Below are positions 1-10,305 of a stretch of DNA of 52,155 nt, in pieces. Location of the stretch: the NCBI GenBank assembly GCA_963788655.1, contig CAWBHS010000021.1, positions 1-52,155 of the forward strand. The letters are read 5' to 3'. The first letter of the stretch is position 1, and each line of letters starts with the position of its first letter. Origin of the DNA: an uncultured Verrucomicrobiae bacterium. GTDB lineage: Bacteria > Verrucomicrobiota > Verrucomicrobiia > Limisphaerales > JAFGQR01. The notes below the pieces were generated by a model. It ran no database searches and was not told the origin of the DNA. It saw only the letters and a program-made list of their open reading frames with translations. A program made the position numbers and the translations under genes.

Positions 1-32
1 TGCCGGGTCGCGAATCGGACACTGCAATTTGG

Positions 33-3000
33 TTATTCAGGCAGTATATTGACGTCGTCGATATACCAACCTTCAAGCAAGTTGTACGCATCACAGTACA
101 GCCGGAATTCCAGGATAATACTGCGGTTCAAGTCCTCTTGCGGCAACGGGAGCGTGGTCAGTTCCCAGCCGCTACTGGACCCAGATTGCAAGGAGAGTTG
201 CTGGATCAAGCTGTTGTTGCTGGCATCCAGCACATTGACGATGCAACCATGGTACGTCGGGTCAGGATCCACGTTGCGCCACTGTTCGAAGGTTAGGGTG
301 GCTCGGCTCACCCCGGTGAGATCGATTGCCGGCGAACGCAGGTAGCAGTCGCTGTACGGATTGACGTTCCCCGTGAGACTCGTGGCATAAACGTTCGCGC
401 CGCTAAACGCCGCGCCCGGTCCATTGACCGGCGTGCCCAATTCCCAGTTGTCGCCGTCGCCGCCATGCGTCCACCCGGGTGCCCCGGTTTCGAAGTCCTC
501 GGTGTAAATTGCCGATGGAGCCGCCAGGACGACGCGGTAGAAGGCGGTGTGGCCCTCCGGTTGCGCGAACACTGCTTCGTTGGTGCCGCCGCCCAGATCG
601 CTAAAGGAAACGCTGGTCAGATTGGTCCACGTCGGCGCATCAATCTGGTCACTTTCCAGGATGTCATATCCCCGGCCGGTGAACGGCGAGGAGAATACCA
701 GCCGCACCTGGCCGGGCGCCGGGACATTGATGGATTCAATGTGCAACGGTTGGAGTGGCGCATTGAGCGGTTTGCCGGCCAGACCATTCTGATAAATCCC
801 GTCGATCTCGGCCGGAGTCAAGGCCCGGTCCCACATCCCCAGCTCGTCCATGTAGCCGTTGAAGATCCGGTTGATCGAGAGATCCGGTCCAAAGTTGGCA
901 ATGATGAGGTCATTGGTTATCGCCGGGCCCAGCAAGCCCGGAATGGGATTGGCCAGTGCGCGGCCATTTCGAAAGAACTGGATCGTGCCGTTATTGATGA
1001 CTACCGCCAATTGTTGCCATTCATTGAGAGTCACGGACCCATTCGGGGCATCGTAGGTGGCCTTGTTGATGCCGTAGAAACGGATGGAGGCTGTCGGCTC
1101 GTAGATGGTGAAGTCATAGTTGATGTCTTTGCGTATAATCCGTCCGATCCCGCCGGAGTTGGCCACCCCGTACGTGCGGGGATTGATCCAAACGGAAAAG
1201 GTCGCTTGATGGTACAAGTTCAAATCAGGGGCATTCGGAACGATGGCGAAATCATCCACGCCATCGAAGTCGTAAGCGCTGCCAACGATCCCGAGCGTGC
1301 CGGTTACTGCCGAGCCGTTTTGGAGGGCCGCATCATGCCCGTTGCCGCTGGCATCGTGAAAAACAGTGCCGCTGGTTTCGTCGAACGGCCAGTAGGCGAT
1401 CAAGCCGGTGGTGAGGCCAGTGATTTCCTGAACGACCAGAACCGCTGGCGGAGAACTCACGTCCGTTCCTAAGTCATTTTGTACTGTGACGGTGTAATTA
1501 CCACCATCGGCCACCACCAAATTGGTCAGAACCAGCAGGTTGGTGTCCGAGTCGGGAATGGCCACGCCATCGTGCTGCCATTGGTAGGTCAACGGGCGTT
1601 TGCCAGTGGCCTCGACCAGGAACGAAACCTGGTCACCCGCATACCGGGTGGCCGATTGCGGTTGCGTAACAATGACCGGTCCGCTCGACACATCCCGGCC
1701 AGCCAGGCTGAGAATTTCTTCGTCGCTCAAGGGACGGGCCCAAATTCCAACCTCATCCATATCGCCATCGAAGAGCCGGAACGTATTCGTGCCCTCGTCA
1801 AAATTGCCCAACACCAAAAGGTTCGTGTTGACAGAGCCCAACGGCGCAGTGACCGGATCACCCACTTGGAAGCCGTTCTTGAAAAAGGTGACGGTGCCGT
1901 TGCGATAGACCACGGTGAAGTGCTGCCATTCATTGAGCGCCAGAATATTCTGGGTAGCGCCCACGCCGTTGAAGCGAATGGTGGCCCGCACCGAGCCCGG
2001 ATCGTCCACCGTTTCCACGTCGAAATACGAGCCTTTGCGCATGATCCGACCGGTGTTGAGCGTGTAATTGCCCGTGTCCTGCAGGGTGCCGTAGCCGGCG
2101 GGGCGAATCCAAAACGCAAACGTGGCGTCGGTGCTCAGATCGATGTCCTGGCTGTTGCCGACCACCACCCGGTTGGATTGGCCGTCGTAATTCAACGCAT
2201 TGTTCACTTCGCCCGGAACCCATTGGCTCGTCGGGTCAACATAATCAGTCAGTTCACCGTCCCGCGCCTGGTCCGAGGCGTCCACCGCGGTGAAGCCGGA
2301 GGTTTCGTCGAAATGCCAGAAGGCTTCGACGCCATCCATGAGGTCGGTAACGGGCACGACCGTCAGCGTGGCGGTGGCACTGTCAACCTGCTCGGAAGCG
2401 TTGGACACCCGGCAGAAATAATCTCCGGCGTCGCTGGCCTGGACGTTAACCAGGGTCAAGACATTGCTGGTGGCGCTGCGAATTTCCTCCGTGCCATGGA
2501 ACCAGAGATAATGGAACGGTCCCACCCCCCGGGAACTCACTTGAAAGACCGCGGTACTGCCGGCGTATTTGGTCTGATTCTGAGGTTGCTCCTCGATGAC
2601 CAGCGGCCCCACCAACTGACCCACTTCAGCGGGAGTGAGCGCCCGTTCCCAGATGCCGACCTCGTCCATGATCCCGTTCAAGAACTTCATGGTGCCGGTC
2701 GAATAATCCGAACCGATGTGCAGCGGCAGGGTGGTGCTGTCGAGGGGGGCGGGCACTTCCCGGCTATCCCGCAATTCTCCGTTCAGATAAATGCTCAGCG
2801 TGGTTCCATTATAAGTCGCGGCCAAGTGATACCAACGATTAGCCTCCAGCGCCTGGCCAATGCTGACCGACAAATTTGCGCCACCTTTTTTTACCAACAC
2901 GTTCATGCCGCCCACCCCCAGACTGTTGGTGTTCCCATTGCCTTGGAGCAGGAAAAACGTGCCCTCTTTCTCCATGGCCCGGTAGGCATCGCCACCGGTG

Positions 3001-4289
3001 CTGAGCGTCACCCGGGAATTGATCCAGGTGGCCACCGAAAAATGGTTGGCCAGATTCGGCCCAATCGTGGCGCTGTTGGCGACTTCCACGTAGTTGCTGC
3101 CGCCGAACGCCAGCGCGTTATTGACCACGCCGGACACCCATTGGGAATCACCAGCCGGGAAGTTCCCCAACGTGCCATTGTTGCCATTCCCGCTGGAATC
3201 ACTGGCCACCAAGCCGGAGGTTTCGTCGAAATGCCACAGCCCTTCCTGTCCGGTCGAGATGTCGGTGATGGGAATGACTTGCAGGGTGGCAGGATCACTC
3301 GTGGCGCTACCTGCCGAATTGGTGACGGTTAAAGTGTAGTTCCCTGCGTCGCCCGATTGGACATTCACCAACGTCAGCTCCGTGTTGGTGGCATTGAGCA
3401 CCGGAGTGCCGTCGTGGCTCCATTGATAGGACAACGGTTCCTGGCCCACGGCTTCGGCGGACAAGGTCACCTGCTCTCCCGGATAAACAGTGGCAGAGTC
3501 CGGCTGCCGGGCAATGAGCGGTACGCCGGCCACCGGGCCAATGGCCACGTCAAGCCAGTTGGTGCCCACATACACTTCGTCCAACTCCAGCGGCAGGTCC
3601 GAGATGTTGCGCACTTGCAGCCGCGTCAGCGTCACGCCGCTGTTTTGCGTACCAGAAACCTGCCAAGTGCTGGGTTCGGCCAAGGGCACGGTATCGCTGG
3701 AGCGATATATGTTTAAGTAGGCCGAATCGCCGGGTGACGTGGCGGTCCGTGCCTGCAACTTACCTACGATAAACACGGTTTCGTCCACGGGAAAAACATC
3801 ATTGACCAGTGTGTCACTGCTGATCCCTGCCACGGCCGTATTGGTGGTCGCGTCTCCCAGCCCCCCGAAGCGCCAACGCACGTTGCTGGAATCGTCCATG
3901 AACTCGACTTTGAAGCTCCCCTGCCGTTTGACCAGGGCGCTGAAATAATAGGCGGTATCGGTGTTAAGCGGCATCGATGTGCCCACTCGTCGTTCGGTCT
4001 GGCCCGCACCGCTGAACACAACCCGACTGCCGACCGGTGTGTGCGTGACTCCCAAGGGGAAAGTCAGGCTGATGCCATCATTGGAAAGGGTGGCAGTTCC
4101 GTCCGTATTGGCCCAGGCACCGCCCCAGCCGGTCCCGCCATTCTGGCCATCCAAGGCCGTGCCCGTGTAATCGAAGCCGTCGTATTCGGATACCTCGGCG
4201 CTGGCCAGGGTTGCCCAGGCCAGGGACAAGCCGACAAGAACCGCCGCAGTTCGGGCGGGAAACAAGCAAGCAATTTTTTTTGAGTTCAT
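33..4289 (-). CDS. Large secreted multidomain protein: N-terminal beta-domain, three Ig-like + LamG (concanavalin-like) pairs, verrucomicrobial 'FYRV' module, C-terminal MAM/immune-inhibitor-A-like jelly roll
   Basis: 1418-aa ORF with a signal peptide (…AWATLASA). Three Ig motifs (PLSYQW…DAGNY, PFHYLW…DAGDY, PLTYQW…DGGNY) and three LamG repeats (W-x-FDETSG…MDE-x-G-x-W-x-R-x-L). Ends in GWYIDDV. Confidence 0.85.
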   Translation of the reverse strand: MNSKKIACLFPARTAAVLVGLSLAWATLASAEVSEYDGFDYTGTALDGQNGGTGWGGAWANTDGTATLSNDGISLTFPLGVTHTPVGSRVVFSGAGQTERRVGTSMPLNTDTAYYFSALVKRQGSFKVEFMDDSSNVRWRFGGLGDATTNTAVAGISSDTLVNDVFPVDETVFIVGKLQARTATSPGDSAYLNIYRSSDTVPLAEPSTWQVSGTQNSGVTLTRLQVRNISDLPLELDEVYVGTNWLDVAIGPVAGVPLIARQPDSATVYPGEQVTLSAEAVGQEPLSYQWSHDGTPVLNATNTELTLVNVQSGDAGNYTLTVTNSAGSATSDPATLQVIPITDISTGQEGLWHFDETSGLVASDSSGNGNNGTLGNFPAGDSQWVSGVVNNALAFGGSNYVEVANSATIGPNLANHFSVATWINSRVTLSTGGDAYRAMEKEGTFFLLQGNGNTNSLGVGGMNVLVKKGGANLSVSIGQALEANRWYHLAATYNGTTLSIYLNGELRDSREVPAPLDSTTLPLHIGSDYSTGTMKFLNGIMDEVGIWERALTPAEVGQLVGPLVIEEQPQNQTKYAGSTAVFQVSSRGVGPFHYLWFHGTEEIRSATSNVLTLVNVQASDAGDYFCRVSNASEQVDSATATLTVVPVTDLMDGVEAFWHFDETSGFTAVDASDQARDGELTDYVDPTSQWVPGEVNNALNYDGQSNRVVVGNSQDIDLSTDATFAFWIRPAGYGTLQDTGNYTLNTGRIMRKGSYFDVETVDDPGSVRATIRFNGVGATQNILALNEWQHFTVVYRNGTVTFFKNGFQVGDPVTAPLGSVNTNLLVLGNFDEGTNTFRLFDGDMDEVGIWARPLSDEEILSLAGRDVSSGPVIVTQPQSATRYAGDQVSFLVEATGKRPLTYQWQHDGVAIPDSDTNLLVLTNLVVADGGNYTVTVQNDLGTDVSSPPAVLVVQEITGLTTGLIAYWPFDETSGTVFHDASGNGHDAALQNGSAVTGTLGIVGSAYDFDGVDDFAIVPNAPDLNLYHQATFSVWINPRTYGVANSGGIGRIIRKDINYDFTIYEPTASIRFYGINKATYDAPNGSVTLNEWQQLAVVINNGTIQFFRNGRALANPIPGLLGPAITNDLIIANFGPDLSINRIFNGYMDELGMWDRALTPAEIDGIYQNGLAGKPLNAPLQPLHIESINVPAPGQVRLVFSSPFTGRGYDILESDQIDAPTWTNLTSVSFSDLGGGTNEAVFAQPEGHTAFYRVVLAAPSAIYTEDFETGAPGWTHGGDGDNWELGTPVNGPGAAFSGANVYATSLTGNVNPYSDCYLRSPAIDLTGVSRATLTFEQWRNVDPDPTYHGCIVNVLDASNNSLIQQLSLQSGSSSGWELTTLPLPQEDLNRSIILEFRLYCDAYNLLEGWYIDDVNILPE

Positions 4290-4379
4290 AGGCTTTTTGG
4301 ATTTGGTGGTAGGTAGTAGGTTAGGGTTGCGTTATCTGAGAAATAGCGAAATTCATCTTGGGCGTCAATCGCTGGAGGT

Positions 4380-5252
4380 TCAGGGATTCTCGTCGCCGCC
4401 CTGGAAGTAGATTTGCGCACTCCCAATAACCAGTTTGGGGTACTTGGTCCAGATATTGTCGGGAGTTTCCCACGTGACGTGGCCGTCCAAAAAGCCTTGG
4501 TTGGCGCCCGCCGGCCCGCCAGATTCGTAATGGTTGCAGCCCCGCGTCTCGGAACTGTCACCCGGCCGTCCCCAAGTGCCATCCAGTTTGCGCATCAAAT
4601 CAGCAAACAAAATCGTATAGAAAGGACGACCACCGTCTTTGATCGCAAAGGCATTCCTTCCGGGCGGTACCACGCGGTTGAGCGCTGAATTGCTGAACAA
4701 ATTTGTGTCCCCCGCAAAATAGAGGTAGCCCATGACCGAGTTGTTACCGGCGGGAATGCCGTCCGCCCCGCCGTTCCAAAATCCGTCCTTGTCCCAAGAG
4801 GGGTTGGAAGGACAGTAAAACTGCTTGCGAGAGATGCTGTAATTTTGGTTGAAGAGGTCACGGAAATCATGACTGATCCAATAGCAGTTCGGTGCTCGCC
4901 CGGGCGGGGTAGCCTTCGGCAACCTGCCGTCGTTGTCGTCGGCATACAGGAGCACCGCCAGGGTCCACTGTTTGACATTGTTCAAGCAGGCAATCCGCTT
5001 GGCCCGTTCCTTGGCCTTGGCCAAAGCCGGCAACAGAAGTCCGGCCAAAATGGCAATAATGGCGATTACCACCAACAGTTCGATCAAAGTGAAACCGCAG
5101 GCTTTAGGTCGAAGTCCGGGACGATTGTGACAAAATCCAAGTTGCATGAATGGGGGCGCGAAGCGCTTTCGACTAACGGTTTTAGGCAATAGTTGCATGA
5201 TACTTTCCAGCGCCCGCATCGGCATCAAAGTGCGTAGGTTCCGAACCAACAC
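4380..5252 (-). CDS. Prepilin-type N-terminal cleavage/methylation protein with H-X9-DG-type C-terminal motif (DUF1559-like); true start probably downstream of 5252
   Basis: [35 protein letters not shown] and NH…[11 protein letters not shown] motifs. Confidence 0.9.
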   Translation of the reverse strand: MLVRNLRTLMPMRALESIMQLLPKTVSRKRFAPPFMQLGFCHNRPGLRPKACGFTLIELLVVIAIIAILAGLLLPALAKAKERAKRIACLNNVKQWTLAVLLYADDNDGRLPKATPPGRAPNCYWISHDFRDLFNQNYSISRKQFYCPSNPSWDKDGFWNGGADGIPAGNNSVMGYLYFAGDTNLFSNSALNRVVPPGRNAFAIKDGGRPFYTILFADLMRKLDGTWGRPGDSSETRGCNHYESGGPAGANQGFLDGHVTWETPDNIWTKYPKLVIGSAQIYFQGGDENP

Positions 5253-5460
5253 CAGAACACCAAGTGCGTCACCATAAATGAAGCTAGAGGCCGGCTGCTA
5301 GCAGGTCAATGGGAAGATGCGGCAGTTTTCGTAGAATTTGCGGCAGGGGCAAATCAGCCGCGCCTCCAACCTTCTTCCCGCCCACCGCCTTCGGTCAGTT
5401 TCCACTCGAATTGCCTCGTCTGCGGGTCCACACTGTCCCGACGTAACCAACTATCCGCCT

Positions 5461-7128
5461 ATGAAAATATTGCAATCCGTTCAGTACTTTATGGTAGGCG
5501 CTGCACTGGCCACAAGCCAACCGGCGATCGCTGCCCCCGCGGCCTTCGACACACCGCCGTCCACTCCGGGCCGCTACTTCGCCAAGAAAACCTACCAGCC
5601 CAAGCCCCTGCCCCAATTCGCCGAGACGCGAGACCAACTGCCCGCGCCGGTCTTGGCCGAGCATCCCGAGTGGGTGGCCATGTATTGGAAAGCCTGGGAA
5701 CTGGCCTTTAAGAATTTCCACGAGCCGGCGCCGGACAGCGGCTATGTCTCGCAGTTCATCGACGCGGCCTTCAACCAGAACATATTCCTTTGGGACACCT
5801 GCTTCCTGACGATGTTCTGCAACTACGGCTACCCGCTCGTCCCCGGGATTGGTTCGCTCGATAACTTCTACATTAAACAGCATGCGGATGGTGAAATCTG
5901 CCGCGAGATTAACCGCCAAACGGGGCGCGATTACGTCGAGTGGGTCAATCGCGAAGGCCAACCGATGTTCTCGCGCTGGGGTTGGGCGGGCGTGCGCAAT
6001 GATCCGGTCATTTACCAAGGCCGCGCCGTCCCCGATCCCGCGCCGCAGTTGACCCTGGACGCGCTGAACCATCCCATTTTCGCCTGGGCCGAACTGGAGA
6101 GCTACCGCGTCACCGGCAACCGGCAACGTTTGGCCTTGGTCTATGACCCGCTCGTTCACTATTACCGCGCCCTCCAGAAATATCTTCGCCAGGGCAACGG
6201 CCTGTACATGACTGATTGGGCGAGCATGGACAATTCCCCGCGCAATCCCTTCCTCAAGGGCGGTGGTTGCGCCGTGGACACGTCGAGCCAGATGGCGCTC
6301 TTCGCCCGCAACCTCGCCACCATTGCTGGCCGGTTGGACAAGTCGGAAGCGGCCCAGAGTTTTACCAGCGAAGCAGACGAATTGAGCCGTAAGATCAACG
6401 CGGCAATGTGGGATCCGGAGCGCCGCTTCTACTTTGACCTGACCCGCGACGGCAAGCGTGCCCCGGTGAAAACGGTTGCGGCCTTTTGGACGCTGATTGC
6501 CGGCGTGGCCTCGCCCGATCAGGTTGAAGCGCTGGTGGCTGAATTGAACAATCCCCGGACCTTCAAACGATTGCACCGCGTTCCTACCTTGGCGGCGGAC
6601 CAAACCGGCTACAATCCAGCCGGTGGCTACTGGTGTGGGGCCGTGTGGGCACCGACCACGACGATGGTCATCCGTGGATTGGAGCGGAACGAGCACCCTG
6701 GCCTCGCCCGCGAACTCGCGTTGAACCACCTCACTGTGATGGGCCGAGTGTTCCAGGCGACCGGCACCATCTGGGAAAACTACGCGCCGGATGCCGCAAA
6801 GCCGGGGCGCCCGGCCAAGGGCGACTTCGTAGGCTGGAGCGGCATTGGCCCCATCCTGTATCTGCTGGAATTTGGTGTTGGGCTGAAGCCGGACGCTGCC
6901 AACAATACTTTGGTTTGGGAAGTGAATTCATCCCGTGAGGTCGGCTGTGAACGCTTCCGTTTCAACGGCCACATCGTTTCGTTGAAGGCCGAAACAGATG
7001 CGGGTGACACCGGAAACGTGGTGGTGTCCGTGAACTCCAATGGCACCTTCAAACTGGAAATCCGACACGGCGGTCATTCCGAAATTTGTGATGTGAAATC
7101 CGGCCCCAATACCTTCAAGTTCCACTGA
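5461..7128 (+). CDS. Secreted (alpha/alpha)6-barrel glycoside hydrolase (GH63/MGH1/trehalase-like)
   Basis: ATG at 5461 followed by a signal peptide; IFLWDTCF, SMDNSPR, YWCGAVW, TIWENY and DFVGWSG motifs. Confidence 0.8.
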   Translation: MKILQSVQYFMVGAALATSQPAIAAPAAFDTPPSTPGRYFAKKTYQPKPLPQFAETRDQLPAPVLAEHPEWVAMYWKAWELAFKNFHEPAPDSGYVSQFIDAAFNQNIFLWDTCFLTMFCNYGYPLVPGIGSLDNFYIKQHADGEICREINRQTGRDYVEWVNREGQPMFSRWGWAGVRNDPVIYQGRAVPDPAPQLTLDALNHPIFAWAELESYRVTGNRQRLALVYDPLVHYYRALQKYLRQGNGLYMTDWASMDNSPRNPFLKGGGCAVDTSSQMALFARNLATIAGRLDKSEAAQSFTSEADELSRKINAAMWDPERRFYFDLTRDGKRAPVKTVAAFWTLIAGVASPDQVEALVAELNNPRTFKRLHRVPTLAADQTGYNPAGGYWCGAVWAPTTTMVIRGLERNEHPGLARELALNHLTVMGRVFQATGTIWENYAPDAAKPGRPAKGDFVGWSGIGPILYLLEFGVGLKPDAANNTLVWEVNSSREVGCERFRFNGHIVSLKAETDAGDTGNVVVSVNSNGTFKLEIRHGGHSEICDVKSGPNTFKFH

Positions 7129-7429
7129 CAGCCAATCCCGAAGTTTTCCCCAACGATCGGGGAAGGGATGGCGGGATTAAGGCCACTCCTCGCTCTGGAC
7201 CGGAAAAGGCCATCTCGGCATCCGGCTCAGCAGTCGGTGGGCTCTGTGCGTGAAACCCACAGCGACCACAGAAGCCGAATTCCGAATCGCGCAATCCGTG
7301 CATCGCAAACCATCGGTTGGACCCCGTTGACTGGCGGCCCTGCTCGCATGGAATCAAATGCCGCCGGTCAAACCGGAGGAACGCGTCGAGCGTGGCCCAA
7401 CTTTCAATTTGACGGTCCACTCCCGGTTG

Positions 7430-7451
7430 TTTAACTATCTGGTTAGTTAAA
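7430..7451. promoter_or_regulatory. Palindromic operator of the TetR-family regulator
   Basis: TTTAACTA-tctggt-TAGTTAAA, a perfect 8-bp inverted repeat ending 2 nt before the ATG at 7454. A -35-like TTGACG lies at 7409-7414. Confidence 0.75.
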
Positions 7452-7453
7452 GT

Positions 7454-8117
7454 ATGGCAACACGGACTCCACCGAGAACCACGAAGCCGAACTGCGGGCG
7501 CGGTGCGCCGACGCGGGCGGCCATCCTGGCGGCGGCCGAACGCGCGTTTGCGCAGTCCGGTTTCGCTGGCGCTCGGTACGGAGCTCATCGCCACCCAGGC
7601 AGGAGTGAACAAGGCGTTGCTGTATTACTACTTCAAAAACAAGGAAGCCCTGTACCAGGCCGTGTTGGAGGATCACTTCCAGGAATTCAACCGCCAGGCG
7701 CTGGCCGTGCTCGCCGGACCGGGCTCGGCGCGGGAGGTCCTGCTGCGTTACGTGAGCCTGCACTTTGACTTCATCAGTGCGCGTCACCGGCACGCGCCAC
7801 TCTTCCAGCAATTCATGAGCGCCGGCGGTAAGCAGTCGGAGAAGCTGGTTCGCAAATATTTTACGCCCCGCAGCGAGGCCTTCAGCGCGTTGCTCGAACG
7901 CGGCATGCGCCACGGGGAATTCCGCCGGGCCGACCGGTTTCACACCGCTGTCTCCATCATGGCGTTGATTGTGTTTTACTTTTCGGCAGCCCCGGTGCTG
8001 CGGTTGCTCGGTCACTCGGATGCCTACGACGCCACCAATTTGAAACGCCGCAAACAAGAGGTGCTCAATTTCATCCGGCACAGTCTGTTTACCAAACCTG
8101 TCGCATCTGCGAAATGA
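7454..8117 (+). CDS. TetR/AcrR-family transcriptional regulator (apparent frameshift near 7575)
   Basis: TRAAILAAAERAFAQSGFAGAR in one frame joins TELIATQAGVNKALLYYYFKNKEAL in another, rebuilding a canonical TetR HTH. Confidence 0.85.
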
Positions 8118-9163
8118 AACGCAAAGCCCCGATCTTCATCCTCCTGGTCGTCGCGCTGGTGGCGGGACTGGTCTATTTCTTGAACCGGCCGCCGCGCGCG
8201 CTGGTGCTTACGGGGATCGTCACAACCGACGAAGTCATGATTGGGCCGCAGCTTCAAGGCCGGCTGCAACGGTTGCTGATTTCCGAGGGCAGCACGGTCA
8301 CCAACGGCCAGTTGCTGGCGCTCATTCAGCCACGGGAATGGCAGGCGGATGTGGCTTTCTATACGAGCAGCATGGAACAGACAACCGCCCAAGTCGCGCA
8401 GGCGGAAGCGGAGTTGAAACTTCAGGAAGCGCAGACGAGCAATCAAATCCGGCAGGCGGAAGCCACCCTCGGCGCCACTCAGGCCCAGTTGGCGCAGGCA
8501 CAGGCGGATTTCGAAAACGCGAACCTGACGTTTCAGCGCGTCGAGGATCTGTTCCATCGCGGCGTGGATTCGAAACAGGACTACGATCAGTCGCGGACGG
8601 CGCACGATGCCGCGCAAGCTCGCGTGGGATATTTGAAACAACAGGTGCAGGTGGCGCAAGCCGGTGTTGCCCTGGCCCAGGCGAATCAAGCTCAAGTCAC
8701 CGTGCGCCGCGCCGGGTTGGCCGCGACTGTTCATCAGGTTGACGCCGCCAGCGCCCAGAAGGACAAAGCCGAAGTGCGCCTGGGCCACACCGAAATCCGC
8801 GCCCCGACCAACGGCATTGTGGACAAGCGCATCGCGCTGCCGGGCGAGGTGGTCAATCCCGGCCAGGCCATCATCACCCTGATCAATCCGGACGGCCTTT
8901 GGGTGCGGGCGGACGTGGAGGAAACTTACATCGACCGCATCCGTCTCGGCGACAAGCTGAAGGTGACGCTGCCGTCCGGCCAGGAACGCGAGGGCACGGT
9001 GTTTTATCGCGCGGTGGACGCCGATTACGCCACCCAGCGGGATGTCAGCCGCTCCAAGCGCGACATTAAGACGTTTGAAATCCGCCTGCGCTGCGACAAC
9101 CGCGACCGCCGCCTGGCCGTGGGCATGACGACGTATGTGATGGTGGATTTGTTGAAGAGTTGA
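8114..9163 (+). CDS. HlyD-family efflux periplasmic adaptor
   Basis: N-terminal TM anchor, lipoyl half-motifs (EGSTVTNGQLL, IRAPTNGIV, PGEVVNPGQAI) and a coiled-coil hairpin; ATGA overlap with tetR. Confidence 0.9.
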   Translation: MKRKAPIFILLVVALVAGLVYFLNRPPRALVLTGIVTTDEVMIGPQLQGRLQRLLISEGSTVTNGQLLALIQPREWQADVAFYTSSMEQTTAQVAQAEAELKLQEAQTSNQIRQAEATLGATQAQLAQAQADFENANLTFQRVEDLFHRGVDSKQDYDQSRTAHDAAQARVGYLKQQVQVAQAGVALAQANQAQVTVRRAGLAATVHQVDAASAQKDKAEVRLGHTEIRAPTNGIVDKRIALPGEVVNPGQAIITLINPDGLWVRADVEETYIDRIRLGDKLKVTLPSGQEREGTVFYRAVDADYATQRDVSRSKRDIKTFEIRLRCDNRDRRLAVGMTTYVMVDLLKS

Positions 9164-9304
9164 GGCGTCAAAGGGTTGAAGCGTTGACGAGCCAAAGTGT
9201 TTCAATGGATACTACCCCTCAACCTCCGCCTCGAAGCATCCCGTTAAAACCGTTCAACGCTTCAACGCGTCACCCCATCACTCTTCAACGGTTCAACCTT
9301 TCAC
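9151..9304. repeat. Inverted pair of degenerate 8-bp tandem arrays (GTTGAAGC-like / GCTTCAAC-like)
   Basis: gttgaaga gttgaggc gtcaaagg gttgaagc gttgacga at 9151-9190, and cgttcaac gcttcaac … tcttcaac ggttcaac at 9251-9297. Confidence 0.65.
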
Positions 9305-9311
9305 AAAACTC

Positions 9312-10298
9312 ATGTTCGACGTCGAAGTTGACAATCTGACCAAGTGTTTCGGCGATTTCTGCGCCGTGGACGGCTTGGCGTTCAACGTCGGCCACGGTGA
9401 GGTGTTCGGATTGCTCGGTCCGAATGGCGCGGGCAAATCGACGCTCATTCGCATGTTGACGACGCTGGTTCCGCCGACTTCGGGCGCGGCGCGCATCAAC
9501 GGGTTCGATGTCGTTCGCCAGGCCAACGAGGTGCGCAAATCCATCGGGGTGATTCCGCAAGCCATGACTTCGGACCTGGACCTGAGTGCCGTGGAAAACA
9601 TGAGCATCTTCGCGAAGCTTTACGGCATTCCTCGCGAACAGCGCCGCCACACAATCCGGGAATTACTCAAAGCCGTGGACCTGGAACCGTGGGCGGACAA
9701 GCCGGTGAAAATGTTTTCGGGCGGCATGCGGCGGCGCTTGGAGATTGCCCGCGGTCTTGTCCACGAGCCGAAGATATTCTTTCTCGACGAACCCACGACC
9801 GGGCTGGATCCGGTTTCCCGTGTGTCCGTGTGGGAAATGCTGAGCCAACTCAAACGTGCCCGCGATTTAACCATCATTCTGACGACGCATTACATGGACG
9901 AAGCGGATAAACTGTGCGACCGCATCGCCATCGTGGACCATGGCAAGCTGGTGGCGTTGGATTCGCCGCTCAAATTGAAGACGTCCATTCCCGGCAAGAA
10001 CATTCTGGAAGTCAGCTTTTCGGAGGTTCCGCCCAACTGGAACGAGGTCATCAAAGCGTTGCCCGAAGTGGCGGACGTCCACACCGTGGACCACGTGTTC
10101 CGCCTTTCGTCCAACAACGGACCGCGCACCACTGTGGCCTTGATGGAAGCGGTGCGCCAAGCGGGACTGACCGTGACGTCGTTATCGGTGCAAAGCACCA
10201 CGCTGGACGACGTGTTTGTCCATTACACCGGGCATCAACTGCGCGACATGTTGCAGACCCCCTCAGCCGCAACGAGTCCGTTCATCATGCGAAGGTAA
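9312..10298 (+). CDS. ABC transporter ATP-binding protein (DrrA-like, ABC-2 export)
   Basis: Walker A GPNGAGKS, signature FSGGMRRR, Walker B FFLDEPT and H-loop TTHYMDEA. Confidence 0.95.
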   Translation: MFDVEVDNLTKCFGDFCAVDGLAFNVGHGEVFGLLGPNGAGKSTLIRMLTTLVPPTSGAARINGFDVVRQANEVRKSIGVIPQAMTSDLDLSAVENMSIFAKLYGIPREQRRHTIRELLKAVDLEPWADKPVKMFSGGMRRRLEIARGLVHEPKIFFLDEPTTGLDPVSRVSVWEMLSQLKRARDLTIILTTHYMDEADKLCDRIAIVDHGKLVALDSPLKLKTSIPGKNILEVSFSEVPPNWNEVIKALPEVADVHTVDHVFRLSSNNGPRTTVALMEAVRQAGLTVTSLSVQSTTLDDVFVHYTGHQLRDMLQTPSAATSPFIMRR

Positions 10299-10305
10299 CG
10301 CGAGC

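Noticed and set aside
465..3716. Long antisense ORFs (also 26451-28229, 30488-32026, 37364-38530 and others)
   Set aside because: These are shadow ORFs opposite clear genes in GC-rich DNA and have no recognisable motifs.
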